This document shows positions 9,775 to 19,991 of a DNA stretch of 64,000 nucleotides, one piece after another. Below the pieces are notes generated by a model. The model was not told the DNA's origin and ran no database searches. It saw only the letters and a list, made by a program, of their open reading frames with translations. Source of the stretch: Candidatus Latescibacterota bacterium (GTDB taxonomy: Bacteria; Latescibacterota; UBA2968). Every line of letters starts with the position of its first letter. The stretch's first letter is position 1. The stretch covers positions 1,408,001-1,472,000 of the forward strand of contig OZ242311.1 of NCBI GenBank assembly GCA_965207885.1, written 5' to 3'. The position numbers were made by a program, and so were the translations under genes.

Positions 9775-10860
9775 TCAACGCATAAAAAGATCGAAATATT
9801 CTACAGCAGTCTTATCCCATGTAAACCCAGAACGCACATAATCGCGGGCTTCGCGTTCTATTTCCTCGCGCTCTGTTGCGGGCAATTGAAAAAAAGCGTG
9901 AATCTGATCGACAAACGCCTGATAATCATTGGACGGGATGAGATACCCCCCCTTGCTAACACTCTCCGTAAGCGCATCCACAGCAAAAGCAACCACGGGC
10001 GTACCATCGTGCATACATTCGAGATGGGTAATACCAAACCCCTCCACATCGTTGGGATAGGGCACATTGGGCATAAGAAAAAGATCGGCTGCGCCTCTAA
10101 TAAATCCCAATTCTTCATCGCTCAGATAAAGCAACAACACGCGGTCTTGAAGGCCATTTTCTTTGCAAATCTCGCGAATGCGCTCGGCATCTGGCCCAGA
10201 GCCGCTCACGATCAGTTTGATATCTCGGTCGAGCAAAGGCACGCCGCATGCCAAAAATTTAGCCACGCCTTTCCGGGGCACTTGCCTGCCGAAATTCAGA
10301 ACAATTTTGTCCCGTCCAAATTGAACACCGTGTTCGGCTTCAAATCGCGCTTTGAGAGCCTCGCGCTGCGCCCTGGGAATACTGGGCGGATCGATACCGA
10401 GATAAATAATATCAATTTTTTCAGCGGGCACACCAGCCTGAATGGAAAGTTCTCTGGTAATTTGACTGATAACAGCCACCCTGTCACAAAACGAAACACC
10501 AAAGCGCATCATGCGGCTAAATATCGGATTGGAAAACGTCATCTCCAAACCGTAAATAGTCACCACAAAACGCACGCGCGTGAACAACCTCAGAAATGGC
10601 GCAATAGAACAAATCACGCCATCGCTAAAATAAATCGCATCAACCCGCCTGAAAATAACACAACAAAATGATATCAGAAACGCATAAGGCACGAACCAGA
10701 TCAGATGCAAAAGCGAATCTCTGCCCAGTGCGACCAGTTTAACCGAACACATCTCCATCAAACGATGATAGAGATTATAACAATGCGTCTGAATACCCCC
10801 CACACTGGGCGGATAGCGACGCGCGAGAAAAAGGATGCGGAAGTTGTTTTTAGAAGACAT
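9775..10860 (-). CDS. Glycosyltransferase family 4
   Basis: YPPSVGGIQ, GRQVPRKG, EGFGITHLE motifs. Confidence 0.9.
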   Translation of the reverse strand: MSSKNNFRILFLARRYPPSVGGIQTHCYNLYHRLMEMCSVKLVALGRDSLLHLIWFVPYAFLISFCCVIFRRVDAIYFSDGVICSIAPFLRLFTRVRFVVTIYGLEMTFSNPIFSRMMRFGVSFCDRVAVISQITRELSIQAGVPAEKIDIIYLGIDPPSIPRAQREALKARFEAEHGVQFGRDKIVLNFGRQVPRKGVAKFLACGVPLLDRDIKLIVSGSGPDAERIREICKENGLQDRVLLLYLSDEELGFIRGAADLFLMPNVPYPNDVEGFGITHLECMHDGTPVVAFAVDALTESVSKGGYLIPSNDYQAFVDQIHAFFQLPATEREEIEREARDYVRSGFTWDKTAVEYFDLFMR

Positions 10861-10862
10861 AA

Positions 10863-11918
10863 CTATGCAATATCCGCCTGCTCACTACGCTGAATCAATT
10901 CTCGTTCCGCCTGCTCGCGGTCCGCTGCGTTTTCAAGTGGAATAACAGTCGCGCCGGGACAGGGTTTGGGATACATAATGCGACTGGCACCGGCCTGTTC
11001 CATAGCCTCGACAACCGGCTTTGTATCGCACGCAAGCGCGATAATCGTGCCGCCACCCCCTGCGCCAGCGAGCTTTGCGCCCAGAGCGCCGCCATCCAAT
11101 GCAGCCTGAATCAGCCGCTCATTTTCCGGACCCGATCCTCCCAAATCGCGCTGAATCTCGTGGTTCTCAACCATCAGCGCGCCCAGATGCGCCCAATCTT
11201 TGGCGAGAATCGCGCGTTTGCCCATACGCGCCAGATGGGCAATCCGCAAATAACAACGCCTGACCTCTCGATCGCCCTCCAACCAGCGCTCTCGAATCGG
11301 CAAATGAACAGTACCCGACGAACGCTGGACACCCGTATGCCCCAACACAAAGGGATAATCCCCGACATATTCGTGGAGCGGTTCAACAGTCGCATAAGGT
11401 TCATCGCCAAATGCGCGGTAAAACTGCTTGCCATTAAAATCCATATAATTCAGACCGCCAAACATGCACATATACGCATCTTGATACCCGCATAAAGCCA
11501 TATAGTTCAACTCAATATGCCGCGCCATCTCAGCGCAAAAAAAAGGATGCTCATCGCGTCCCAGAAATGCAAAAATCGCGTTGAGAATAGACACACTCAT
11601 AGCCGACGAACTGGAAAGCCCGGCGGCAAAAGGCACATTGCACGCCCAGCGTAGAGAAAATTTCGCGCTGCCGAGATCCAAAAAATGGACGATAGCCTTC
11701 GCCACATCAAAATAACCGCCATCCGGATACAGATCCTCCGGGCAATGCACTTCAAAGCGTTGCCCGGAGACTTCAAAACTGAGCACATCGGACGGCGCAA
11801 TCAGAACCGCGGCGCGTTCTCGCGTCGAACACGAAATAACGCTACCGCCGTACATATCGGTGGGATTTCCAATAATGCCACACCGCCCTGGGGCAGTGGA
11901 AAAAAACGCATGGGTCAT
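10863..11918 (-). CDS. GHMP-family sugar kinase (glucuronokinase/HddA-like)
   Basis: APGR..GNPTD, PFAAGLSSS, CGYQD, GAKLAGAGGGG. Confidence 0.85.
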   Translation of the reverse strand: MTHAFFSTAPGRCGIIGNPTDMYGGSVISCSTRERAAVLIAPSDVLSFEVSGQRFEVHCPEDLYPDGGYFDVAKAIVHFLDLGSAKFSLRWACNVPFAAGLSSSSAMSVSILNAIFAFLGRDEHPFFCAEMARHIELNYMALCGYQDAYMCMFGGLNYMDFNGKQFYRAFGDEPYATVEPLHEYVGDYPFVLGHTGVQRSSGTVHLPIRERWLEGDREVRRCYLRIAHLARMGKRAILAKDWAHLGALMVENHEIQRDLGGSGPENERLIQAALDGGALGAKLAGAGGGGTIIALACDTKPVVEAMEQAGASRIMYPKPCPGATVIPLENAADREQAERELIQRSEQADIA

Positions 11919-12838
11919 TAGAATTGTCTCAGGCGCTTTTGCAGGTACTGGCGAAGAAGGTACCCATAGCGCTGATCGAAAAGGGAAAAATCGATAAAGG
12001 ATTTGAAATACGATTCAAAATCGCCAATATCATAGCGCAATTCTTCGGGATACAACTTGATACAGCGAACAGTATGTCCCATTTTAATAAGCGTCGAAAT
12101 CGCATCTGTAAGCTCGAGCTTGCCCCTGTAACTGGGAGATGTGCGTTTGAGAGCAGTAAAAATTTCGGGATTAAAAATATAACGCGCGGCCACGCCGAGA
12201 TTGCTCGGTGCATTTTCCGGAGCGGGCTTCTCCACAATATGCGCGATTTCAAAATCGTCTTCAGACTCGCCGTTCACAGGCTCGACAATACCGTACTGGT
12301 TCTCTTCGCCCCCGGGCACTTCAACAACCGCAATAGTACAACTGGACCCGTTTTCGCAGTGCGATTTGATCATCCGCCGCAAGAGACCCGCATGATTGCC
12401 CGACTTGATAATCGTATCGCCAAACGCGACCACAAATGGCTCGCCGCCAACAAAGTCCTCAGCCCTGCTAATGGCATCTCCTATGCCCGCGGGTGTAATG
12501 TGACCGGAAGGAATAATTTGTCGCGTATAGAAAAATTTGACCCCTTCTCTTTCATAATCGAGTTCATCGAGTGTGTGATCGCTCTCCGAGAGATAATTCT
12601 GCAATTCCGGATCCCGATCAAAATGATCTTCTATCGTGCGCTTATCCTTTCCCGTCACAAAGAGTATCTTCTTTAACCCCTGCTCAATCACCTCTTCAAC
12701 CACATACTGAACCACGGGTTTTCTCCCCACGGGCAACATCTCTTTGGGTTGAGATTTGGTCGCAGGCAACAGACTCGTGCCCAAACCGGCAACCGGAATA
12801 ACGACTTTTTCAATCTCCATAGCGCGATGCTCCTCCAA
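11918..12838 (-). CDS. galU: UTP-glucose-1-phosphate uridylyltransferase family protein
   Basis: VIPVAGLGTSLLPATKSQPKEMLP, VEKP, LTDAI, RYDIG; the usual GTR Arg is Ser. Confidence 0.8.
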   Translation of the reverse strand: MEEHRAMEIEKVVIPVAGLGTSLLPATKSQPKEMLPVGRKPVVQYVVEEVIEQGLKKILFVTGKDKRTIEDHFDRDPELQNYLSESDHTLDELDYEREGVKFFYTRQIIPSGHITPAGIGDAISRAEDFVGGEPFVVAFGDTIIKSGNHAGLLRRMIKSHCENGSSCTIAVVEVPGGEENQYGIVEPVNGESEDDFEIAHIVEKPAPENAPSNLGVAARYIFNPEIFTALKRTSPSYRGKLELTDAISTLIKMGHTVRCIKLYPEELRYDIGDFESYFKSFIDFSLFDQRYGYLLRQYLQKRLRQF

Positions 12839-12849
12839 ATGCCAAACGC

Positions 12850-12878
12850 TTGACAGAGTGCTATTTGTCCCTTAGAAT
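12850..12878 (+). promoter_or_regulatory. Sigma-70-type promoter
   Basis: TTGACA-17 bp-TAGAAT upstream of the TauD gene. Confidence 0.7.
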
Positions 12879-12933
12879 ATCAATAAAAAATAACAGGAGA
12901 AACTTGTAGAACGCAAGGTAAAAGAATTTCATC

Positions 12934-13893
12934 ATGTTAAACAAACAAATAACAGACGCCCGTGCGTGGACTGCTGATACAATTGATGCGTCTTCTGACT
13001 GGTATTACCCCCTGTCTGAAAGCTATTTGTCTGCGCTCGATAACGAAGTGCAAAAACATGCGGACGCAATATCTGATCTCCGCGTCTCCGACGCCATCGC
13101 TTGTGCGCCGTGTCTCCAGCCCGTTCTGGACGTATTGCACACTGGACGTGGATTTGCCATCATCGAGCGCTTGCCCGTAGAATATTACACGCGGGACCAG
13201 GCGCGAGCCGCATATTGGATGATTGGACAGTGTTTGGGCGTACCCTTTGAACAAAATATCGAAGGCACGCTACTCTACGACGTACGGGACACCGGACGAG
13301 ATGTAAAATCGGGCGCGCGTTTTTCTGTAACCAACGCAGAAAGTTCGTTTCACACAGATGGTGCATTCGGAACACAAGTACCCGAAATAGTCGGCCTGTT
13401 ATGTATCAAAACCGCGCGATCGGGTGGGCGCAGTCAACTGATCAGTGCCTGTGCAGTACACAATATATTACACCAACAAGCGCCCAATGTTCTAAACGCG
13501 CTCTACTCATCTTTCTATTTTGACCGACGCGGACAATATCTCCCGAACGAAGCACCTGTAAAAAAGACCCCTGTGTTTTCCTGGGACAAACAAACACTAA
13601 TGATGCGCTACCTGCATTATTATATCCAGGTGGGACATCGAGAAGCAGGAGTGCCACTCACGCCAGAACAAGAGCGCGCACTACAAACCGTTGAAGACAT
13701 ATTAAAGCATCCCGAAATGTGCGTGGAATTTGATCTCGCGCCTGGACAAATGCTATTTACCAACAACAACTGGATCCTGCACAATCGAACGGCATTTGAA
13801 GACCATCCAGATCCAGATCAAAGACGGCATTACGTGCGACTGTGGTTGATGCAAAAGGACAATGTAGATGGCTGCATTGAGATCCGCGATTGA
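12934..13893 (+). CDS. TauD/TfdA-family Fe(II)/2-oxoglutarate dioxygenase
   Basis: FHTDG (HxD), HNRTAF, RRHYVRLW. Confidence 0.88.
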   Translation: MLNKQITDARAWTADTIDASSDWYYPLSESYLSALDNEVQKHADAISDLRVSDAIACAPCLQPVLDVLHTGRGFAIIERLPVEYYTRDQARAAYWMIGQCLGVPFEQNIEGTLLYDVRDTGRDVKSGARFSVTNAESSFHTDGAFGTQVPEIVGLLCIKTARSGGRSQLISACAVHNILHQQAPNVLNALYSSFYFDRRGQYLPNEAPVKKTPVFSWDKQTLMMRYLHYYIQVGHREAGVPLTPEQERALQTVEDILKHPEMCVEFDLAPGQMLFTNNNWILHNRTAFEDHPDPDQRRHYVRLWLMQKDNVDGCIEIRD

Positions 13894-14992
13894 AGACCGC
13901 AAAAGCCGGTGGCAGATCAGTCTGTTGTTGGACGAGCAGGCTGTCAGTGGTCTCGGTGTGGTAAAAAAACACATGCAGATCGATTCTGCTGTTGTAAAAA
14001 TGGGTGGCATTGCCGGTGTATGGACGGATTCCAATCATCGCCGGAAAGGATATGCCAGTCAGGCCATGTGGGAATCGATTGCACTGATGGAGCGCCAGAA
14101 CTGCGACATGAGCATTTTGTTTGGCATTGACGATTTTTACCATCGATATGGGTATGCCGTGGTATTTGCCGATCAGTCTATGTGGTTGAAAACATCGCAA
14201 TTATTGTCGCTGAACGGCCCTTTGAAAGCGCGGAGAGGGCGCAGGGCTGATCACGAGGCAATGCGCCGATTGTACAGAAATTACAATGCCGCACGCTCAG
14301 GCATGGACGCACGTCAAAAGAACTGGAAGCCGAGATGGTATATGCCAAACCTGGGCAAAGATACGGTTCGCCGTGCGGGAAAATTTCTGGTGGTGTATGA
14401 CGCTCGGGACCGGGTGCGCGGATATGCAGTTTACGACATACAGGCGGAGCGCACCGTGGTAACAGAAGTCTGCGGAAAGGACCGCGAAGCACTTGCCTCT
14501 GTCGGGAAAACCATCGCAAGACGAGCAAAACGTGCGGGCGCTGAAGAAGTACTCTTTCATCTGCCTTGCGATGATCCATTTATCTCGCTGTGCATACCCC
14601 TGGGATGTACGTGTTTAATTGCGTATCCGTTTAATCAAAGCGCAATGGGACGCATTATCCATCTGAATCGTCTGATGAAAAAATTGCTGCCCGTATTCCA
14701 AAAACGATGGGCGCACTCAGAATTGAATTGGACAGGTGAATTTGCCATTGATACAGACATTGGGCGCGTGGGCTTCGAGATTTCCGAATCAGATATTGTC
14801 ATGGCCGATGTTGGTGGCCGTGCCCGGGTGTCAATGCCTCAAATGGCGTTGACACAACTGGTAATGGGGTATCGACAGGTAGTAGATATTGCTTATAATG
14901 ATGGAATAAAAATATCCAGACAACTGCTACCTGTGCTGGATATCCTGTTTCCCAAAGGCAATCCGTATATGTGGTGGACAGATCGATTTTAG
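13868..14992 (+). CDS. Eis-like GNAT acetyltransferase
   Basis: GGIAGVWT..HRRKGYA, FYHRYGY; C-terminal SCP2-like region. Confidence 0.8.
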   Translation: MAALRSAIEDRKSRWQISLLLDEQAVSGLGVVKKHMQIDSAVVKMGGIAGVWTDSNHRRKGYASQAMWESIALMERQNCDMSILFGIDDFYHRYGYAVVFADQSMWLKTSQLLSLNGPLKARRGRRADHEAMRRLYRNYNAARSGMDARQKNWKPRWYMPNLGKDTVRRAGKFLVVYDARDRVRGYAVYDIQAERTVVTEVCGKDREALASVGKTIARRAKRAGAEEVLFHLPCDDPFISLCIPLGCTCLIAYPFNQSAMGRIIHLNRLMKKLLPVFQKRWAHSELNWTGEFAIDTDIGRVGFEISESDIVMADVGGRARVSMPQMALTQLVMGYRQVVDIAYNDGIKISRQLLPVLDILFPKGNPYMWWTDRF

Positions 14993-15009
14993 TACGAAAG
15001 GAGAGAGCA

Positions 15010-15894
15010 ATGTCAACCTTCACAATCGGCTTACTGAGTCCCGGCGATATGGGACACGTCGTCGGACAAGTGGCAATCGCCTCTGGCGCACGGGTAATAA
15101 CCTGTCTCAATGGCCGCAGTGAGCGCACGCGCAAGCTCGCAGAAATAGCCGGAATCGAAGACGTACCCACATATTCCGACCTCGTGCGCGAAGCTTCACT
15201 CGTAATATGCATTCTCGTCCCCGCAGCAGCAGAATCGGTAGCCGCCCGCGTGGCTGACGCCCTGAAAGAAACGAATGAACAAATTGTATATACCGACTGC
15301 AATGCCATAGCCCCGGCAACAACTGTGCGCATTGGCAAAACAATTGAAAACGCGGGCAGTGTATTTGTCGATGCGGGTATTATCGGCGGACCGCCGCGCC
15401 AGCCTGGGGGCACGCGGTTTTACTGTTCGGGACCCGACACATCGGTCTTTGAAAAACTGAACGACTACGGGCTGGACGCGCGAAAAGTAGGCGATGAAAT
15501 CGGACAGGCGTCGGGATTAAAAATGTGCTATGCCGCACAGACCAAAGGGACGACCGCGCTACAAACGGAATTGCTCATCGCCGCACGGCGCATGGGCCTG
15601 TACGAAGGATTGATCGCAGAGTGGGAAATGAGTCAGCAAGACCGGTTGGCGGGCATGGAGCGGGGCTTGCCGGGAATGCCGACCAAAGCAAAGCGGTGGA
15701 TAGGTGAAATGGAGGAAATCGCCAAAACCTTCGGCGATTTGGGACTCACGCCCAAAATATACGAAGGCGCCGCAGACATGTACCGACTCGTCAGTGAAAC
15801 ACCCCTGGCAGACGAAGCACCAGAAACGCGAGACAGGAGCCGAACGCTCGCGCAGGTCATCGATATTTTTTCAGAGCAATCAAAAAGTAAATAG
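15010..15894 (+). CDS. NAD(P)-dependent oxidoreductase (6PGD/3-hydroxyisobutyrate dehydrogenase-like, DUF1932)
   Basis: IGLLSPGDMG, VDAGIIGGPP, ASGLKMCYA, RWIGEMEEI; RBS AAGGAGAG before ATG at 15010. Confidence 0.85.
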   Translation: MSTFTIGLLSPGDMGHVVGQVAIASGARVITCLNGRSERTRKLAEIAGIEDVPTYSDLVREASLVICILVPAAAESVAARVADALKETNEQIVYTDCNAIAPATTVRIGKTIENAGSVFVDAGIIGGPPRQPGGTRFYCSGPDTSVFEKLNDYGLDARKVGDEIGQASGLKMCYAAQTKGTTALQTELLIAARRMGLYEGLIAEWEMSQQDRLAGMERGLPGMPTKAKRWIGEMEEIAKTFGDLGLTPKIYEGAADMYRLVSETPLADEAPETRDRSRTLAQVIDIFSEQSKSK

Positions 15895-15916
15895 ATTTAA
15901 AGACAACACACAAAAT

Positions 15917-15958
15917 ATCCCCTTCTCCTATCAAATGTAGAAGGGGATTTTATTTTTT
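15917..15958 (+). terminator. Intrinsic terminator
   Basis: ATCCCCTTCT..AGAAGGGGAT stem followed by a T-rich tail. Confidence 0.8.
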
Positions 15959-15992
15959 ATTTATCTTTTATAAACATATGCCCAATGGTAAA

Positions 15993-16021
15993 TTGACTTT
16001 TCGATTGTGACAAGCTATATT
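15993..16021 (+). promoter_or_regulatory. Sigma-70-type promoter
   Basis: TTGACT-17 bp-TATATT. Confidence 0.6.
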
Positions 16022-16066
16022 ACGCGTTCTAAAAAACAGTGGGGAAATTTAAACCGGGAGATGTAA

Positions 16067-17110
16067 GTGAAAGCAGCACAAATCGTCGCACCCAGACGCA
16101 TTGTGGTCGTCGAAACAGACGAACCACAACTCATGGGTGCCGGGCAAGTAAAAATTCAACTCGAACGGGCGTGTCTTTGCGGTTCAGACGTGCCATTATG
16201 GGATTACGACCACAACGAACTGGCAGAAAGAGCGCGACTCAATCCGCGCAAAGCAAAACGCGCACCATTTGTCGATTACGTCAATGGAGACCCGTATCCC
16301 CTGCGCGTTGGCCTCTCGATTCACGAATGCCTGGGCACAGTCGTTGAATCGACATCTGATCAATTTCAAACCGGCGATTTTGTCCTTGCACTACCCGACG
16401 CACAAAAGGGACTGTGCGAATATATTTGCGCCCCCGACAGCCGAACCATTCCACTGCCCAAAGGGGCTGTACCCGACGAACAAATTCTGATGACACAGCC
16501 CCTGGGCACAGTCGTATGGGCGTGCCAAAAACTCGGCAACATCGTCGATAGTGACGTGGCAATTGTCGGACAAGGCCCTATGGGCCTGATGTTCACGCGC
16601 ATGCTGGCAAATTTGGGCGCGCGAACCGTAATTGGACTCGACAAATTGGATTACCGCTTACACACCGCAAAAAAAATGCACGCAACCCATACGGTCAACG
16701 TCGATAAAGACGACCCTGTGGAAGCCATCCGCGAGATCACAAACGGCAAAATGGCGGATCTGGTAGTCGAAGCAGTCGGCCATCAGACAAAAACACTCAA
16801 CTCGTGCATGAAACTCGTGCGCCACATGGGCACACTGCTGTGCTTTGGCGTACCCGATGATGCGTATTACCCATTTGCATATCCCGAATTTTTCAGATTA
16901 AATCTCAACCTGATCTCCACAGTTGGTCCCAATGTGGTGCCCAATTTTTCTCTCGCCCGCGACCTGATCGCACAAGGACGTGTTGACATGGCACCTCTGG
17001 TAACTCATGTATTGCCCTTTGAAGAGATTCAGCACGGATATGAGCTGTTCACCGATCGCCTCAATGGGGCCATTAAAGTGGTTATCGATTACAATTCGCT
17101 GCGAACCTGA
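16067..17110 (+). CDS. Zinc-binding (MDR family) dehydrogenase
   Basis: LCGSD, IHECLG, VGQGPMG; no structural-Zn cysteine lobe. Confidence 0.88.
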   Translation: MKAAQIVAPRRIVVVETDEPQLMGAGQVKIQLERACLCGSDVPLWDYDHNELAERARLNPRKAKRAPFVDYVNGDPYPLRVGLSIHECLGTVVESTSDQFQTGDFVLALPDAQKGLCEYICAPDSRTIPLPKGAVPDEQILMTQPLGTVVWACQKLGNIVDSDVAIVGQGPMGLMFTRMLANLGARTVIGLDKLDYRLHTAKKMHATHTVNVDKDDPVEAIREITNGKMADLVVEAVGHQTKTLNSCMKLVRHMGTLLCFGVPDDAYYPFAYPEFFRLNLNLISTVGPNVVPNFSLARDLIAQGRVDMAPLVTHVLPFEEIQHGYELFTDRLNGAIKVVIDYNSLRT

Positions 17111-17146
17111 CCAGCGTTTGACAAACACAAAAGGGGGTTTTTACCT

Positions 17147-18733
17147 GTGGCAGCAACGTTTGAATACGGCGCAGTAGTTGGACAACCCGAATCTGATTCT
17201 GCGGCTGTAAGCATATTGAGAAAGGGTGGCAACGCAGTCGATGCCGCTGTAACAGCGGCATTCCTCGCCTGTGTTTTGGCACCTAAATCGTGCGGCATTG
17301 GCGGTTATGGCGGCGCGATGACCGCCTATATTGGCGGCGAAGTCGTCTGCATTGACTTTAACACAGTCGCACCCAAAGAGGCCCATGACCGGATGTTTCG
17401 CGTAACGCGCTCCGACGGGCGATTTGGTTCTGCTGTCAGCGGTTATGCCAATTCAACCGGTTATAAAGCCATCTCCGTACCCGGCGTACTGGCAGGTCTT
17501 GCTCTGGCCCTGGAAAAATTTGGCAAAATGCCACTATCTGAAGTACTCGCACCTGCTATTCGCGCATGTGAACGCGGATTTCGGGTATCGGCAAACTACG
17601 CTACAGGCGTTGCCCAAAGCGAAGCGCGCATTCGCGAGTTCCCAGAAACAACCCGCTTATTGATGATCAGCGGCGAAGTGCCCAAAAGCGGCGACCGTGC
17701 ACAAAACCCCTATTTGGGCAGAATGCTCAGTCAAGTTGCAGACAAAGGCGTACGCGAATTTTATGAGGGACGCATCGCAGAGCGCATTGTCAAACACATT
17801 CGGGATAACGGTGGGATCTTATCGCGAGATGATCTGGCAAATTACGAAGCTCAAGTCGTTGAACCAGTACAAACGGCTTGCATGGAATACGATGTGTACA
17901 GCTCGCCCCTTTGCAGTGCTGGATTGAGCCTGGCGCAAATGTGTGCCATTGCCGACGAAGCCGAATTAGACCTCTACGCACGAGATTCCGCCCGATTGGC
18001 CCATGGCATGGTCGAAATCATTCGCGCAGCCTGGATGGACCGATACCGGCATTTTGGCGATCCAAAGCAAATACATGTAGATACAGACATGCTGATGTCG
18101 GATATCAATCTCGGTGCAAATGCCAAAGAAATTGCCACATATATTGCCGAAGGAAAACGCGGACAATCGCTGTTGCGGCCATTTTATACGGGCGGCACGA
18201 CGCATATCTGCACAATAGACGCGCAAAGCAACATGGTCGCCCTGACCCTCACGCACGGACCGGGCTATGGCTCTCTTGTAACAATTCCCCGCATGGGCTT
18301 GTTGATGAATGCGGGCATGTCGCGGTTTGACCCCGGTTCGGGCTTAAAAAACTCAATTGCCCCCGGCAGAGCACCCATCATGAACATGGCACCAACCATT
18401 GTGTTGCAAGATGGCGAACCCGTCCTGACTGTGGGCGCGTCCGGCGGAACGCGCATCCCATCGTCTGTCTTTCAGGTTTTGGCGCGAAGGCTCGTACTCG
18501 ACGAAGATCCCGAATGGTCCATCGCAGCCCCTCGAGTACATTCAGAAGGCAATGAATGGGTAAGCATAGAAGAAGAGTTCGGCGAAGCCGCGCCAGATTA
18601 TCTGAGTTCAGTCGGATACAAAATAAACAAAAAGGGCGCGGCAGCCGCCCGTGTTCGGATGATTGAGATTGTGGAAGAAGGATTGCTGGCCATGTACGAT
18701 CCGCGCATGAAGGCGCGAGAAAAAGGCTATTAA
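17147..18733 (+). CDS. ggt: Gamma-glutamyltransferase family protein, no signal peptide
   Basis: GGNAVDAAV, GIGGYGG, VPG, TTH nucleophile, GASGG. Confidence 0.85.
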   Translation: MAATFEYGAVVGQPESDSAAVSILRKGGNAVDAAVTAAFLACVLAPKSCGIGGYGGAMTAYIGGEVVCIDFNTVAPKEAHDRMFRVTRSDGRFGSAVSGYANSTGYKAISVPGVLAGLALALEKFGKMPLSEVLAPAIRACERGFRVSANYATGVAQSEARIREFPETTRLLMISGEVPKSGDRAQNPYLGRMLSQVADKGVREFYEGRIAERIVKHIRDNGGILSRDDLANYEAQVVEPVQTACMEYDVYSSPLCSAGLSLAQMCAIADEAELDLYARDSARLAHGMVEIIRAAWMDRYRHFGDPKQIHVDTDMLMSDINLGANAKEIATYIAEGKRGQSLLRPFYTGGTTHICTIDAQSNMVALTLTHGPGYGSLVTIPRMGLLMNAGMSRFDPGSGLKNSIAPGRAPIMNMAPTIVLQDGEPVLTVGASGGTRIPSSVFQVLARRLVLDEDPEWSIAAPRVHSEGNEWVSIEEEFGEAAPDYLSSVGYKINKKGAAAARVRMIEIVEEGLLAMYDPRMKAREKGY

Positions 18734-18735
18734 AT

Positions 18736-18791
18736 GTAGGTGGCGGTTGAACTGCTATCGCAGTTGTACATCACTCGAAACCGCCACCTAC
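18736..18791. repeat. GTAG-ended REP-like inverted repeat
   Basis: GTAGGTGGCGGTT..AACCGCCACCTAC, perfect 13-bp arms, with inner hairpin AACTGC-TATC-GCAGTT. Confidence 0.7.
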
Positions 18792-18834
18792 CCTCACGTC
18801 TTACGTCTCACCTTTTTAACTGGAGATAAATCAC

Positions 18835-19953
18835 ATGGAGCGATATCCTTTTGGCAGCGGACGTCCCGATCCGGCATCATTTCCCAAGCGGGAATTGGCC
18901 GAAGCCGCCATGCGTATCTTGCCCGAAATGGGCAATGAACTGGCACTTTATCCCGGCACATTGGGATATCAACCGATGCGACAGGTCCTGGCCGATCGCC
19001 TGTTGCGGCGCGAAGGGATCGCCCCTCCCGTTGAAGAAATCGCATTGACCAATGGCTCAATGCAGCCCGTGACCCTGATGGCGCAGATGTTTATCGATCA
19101 GCCTGGCGATGGCGTCGTCATGGAGGAATTTTGTTACTCCGGTACAATTGGCGCATATAACAAAGAAGGCGCAGAATTGGTGAGCATTCCCGTGGATGAA
19201 CACGGCATGCGGATGGACGCGCTATCCGACGAATTAAAGAAACGGGGCGCCAATGGAAAACTACCCAAATTCATTTATGTACTCGCAACATTCCAAAATC
19301 CCACGGGTGCGATCATGCCCCTCGAACGGCGAAAAGAACTGTTGCAAATTGCCGCACAGTACGAGATCCCTGTCGTCGAAGACCACTGCTATGCCGACAC
19401 GGTGTACGAAGACGATTATTACGTACCTTCCCTCTATACCCTCCCAGCAGAAGTACCCGTAGTACATATTGAATCCCTCTCCAAAATTTTGGGGCCAGGT
19501 GTGCGTCTGGGATGCTTTTTTACCAAACAACCCCTCCTGGGCAAAATTTTGCAAATTCGCCGAGATGGCGGCACGAGTTCGCTCGCCGCAGCCATTGTGT
19601 ACGAATACTTTCGCGAGCACCTGTGGACCCATGTCAATAACATCAACGCAATCGTAAAAGAAAAGCGCGATTTGATGTTCGAAATGCTGGGACAATGTTC
19701 CGACGCTTTTGAATGGTTCAGCCGTCCCAAAGGCGGATTATTTATCTGGGTCAAATTGCCCGATGCCACCGATGTGATCGAATGCGAACAAATAGCCGAA
19801 GCCCGCGGCATCGACTACGCCACCGGCAAGGCATTTCACGTACACCACGACGACGTGCCCTATTTGCGCCTCGCATTTGGCTACGCATCACTCGCACAAA
19901 TACGAGAAGGCATTCCCAAGCTGGCAGAATGCGTCATGGCAACGCAGAAGTAA
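18835..19953 (+). CDS. PLP-dependent aminotransferase class I/II (LysN/MocR-type)
   Basis: FQNPTG, VEDHCY, SLSKILGPGVRLG. Confidence 0.9.
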   Translation: MERYPFGSGRPDPASFPKRELAEAAMRILPEMGNELALYPGTLGYQPMRQVLADRLLRREGIAPPVEEIALTNGSMQPVTLMAQMFIDQPGDGVVMEEFCYSGTIGAYNKEGAELVSIPVDEHGMRMDALSDELKKRGANGKLPKFIYVLATFQNPTGAIMPLERRKELLQIAAQYEIPVVEDHCYADTVYEDDYYVPSLYTLPAEVPVVHIESLSKILGPGVRLGCFFTKQPLLGKILQIRRDGGTSSLAAAIVYEYFREHLWTHVNNINAIVKEKRDLMFEMLGQCSDAFEWFSRPKGGLFIWVKLPDATDVIECEQIAEARGIDYATGKAFHVHHDDVPYLRLAFGYASLAQIREGIPKLAECVMATQK

Positions 19954-19991
19954 AGCCGCATTTTTGAGCCGCTTATTGGTCTTTCAATAAT

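Noticed and set aside
9010-10671. 553-aa plus-strand ORF and other long antisense ORFs (e.g. 57938-59074, 37721-38560, 29484-30371)
   Set aside because: They lie opposite well-supported genes and show no recognisable domains
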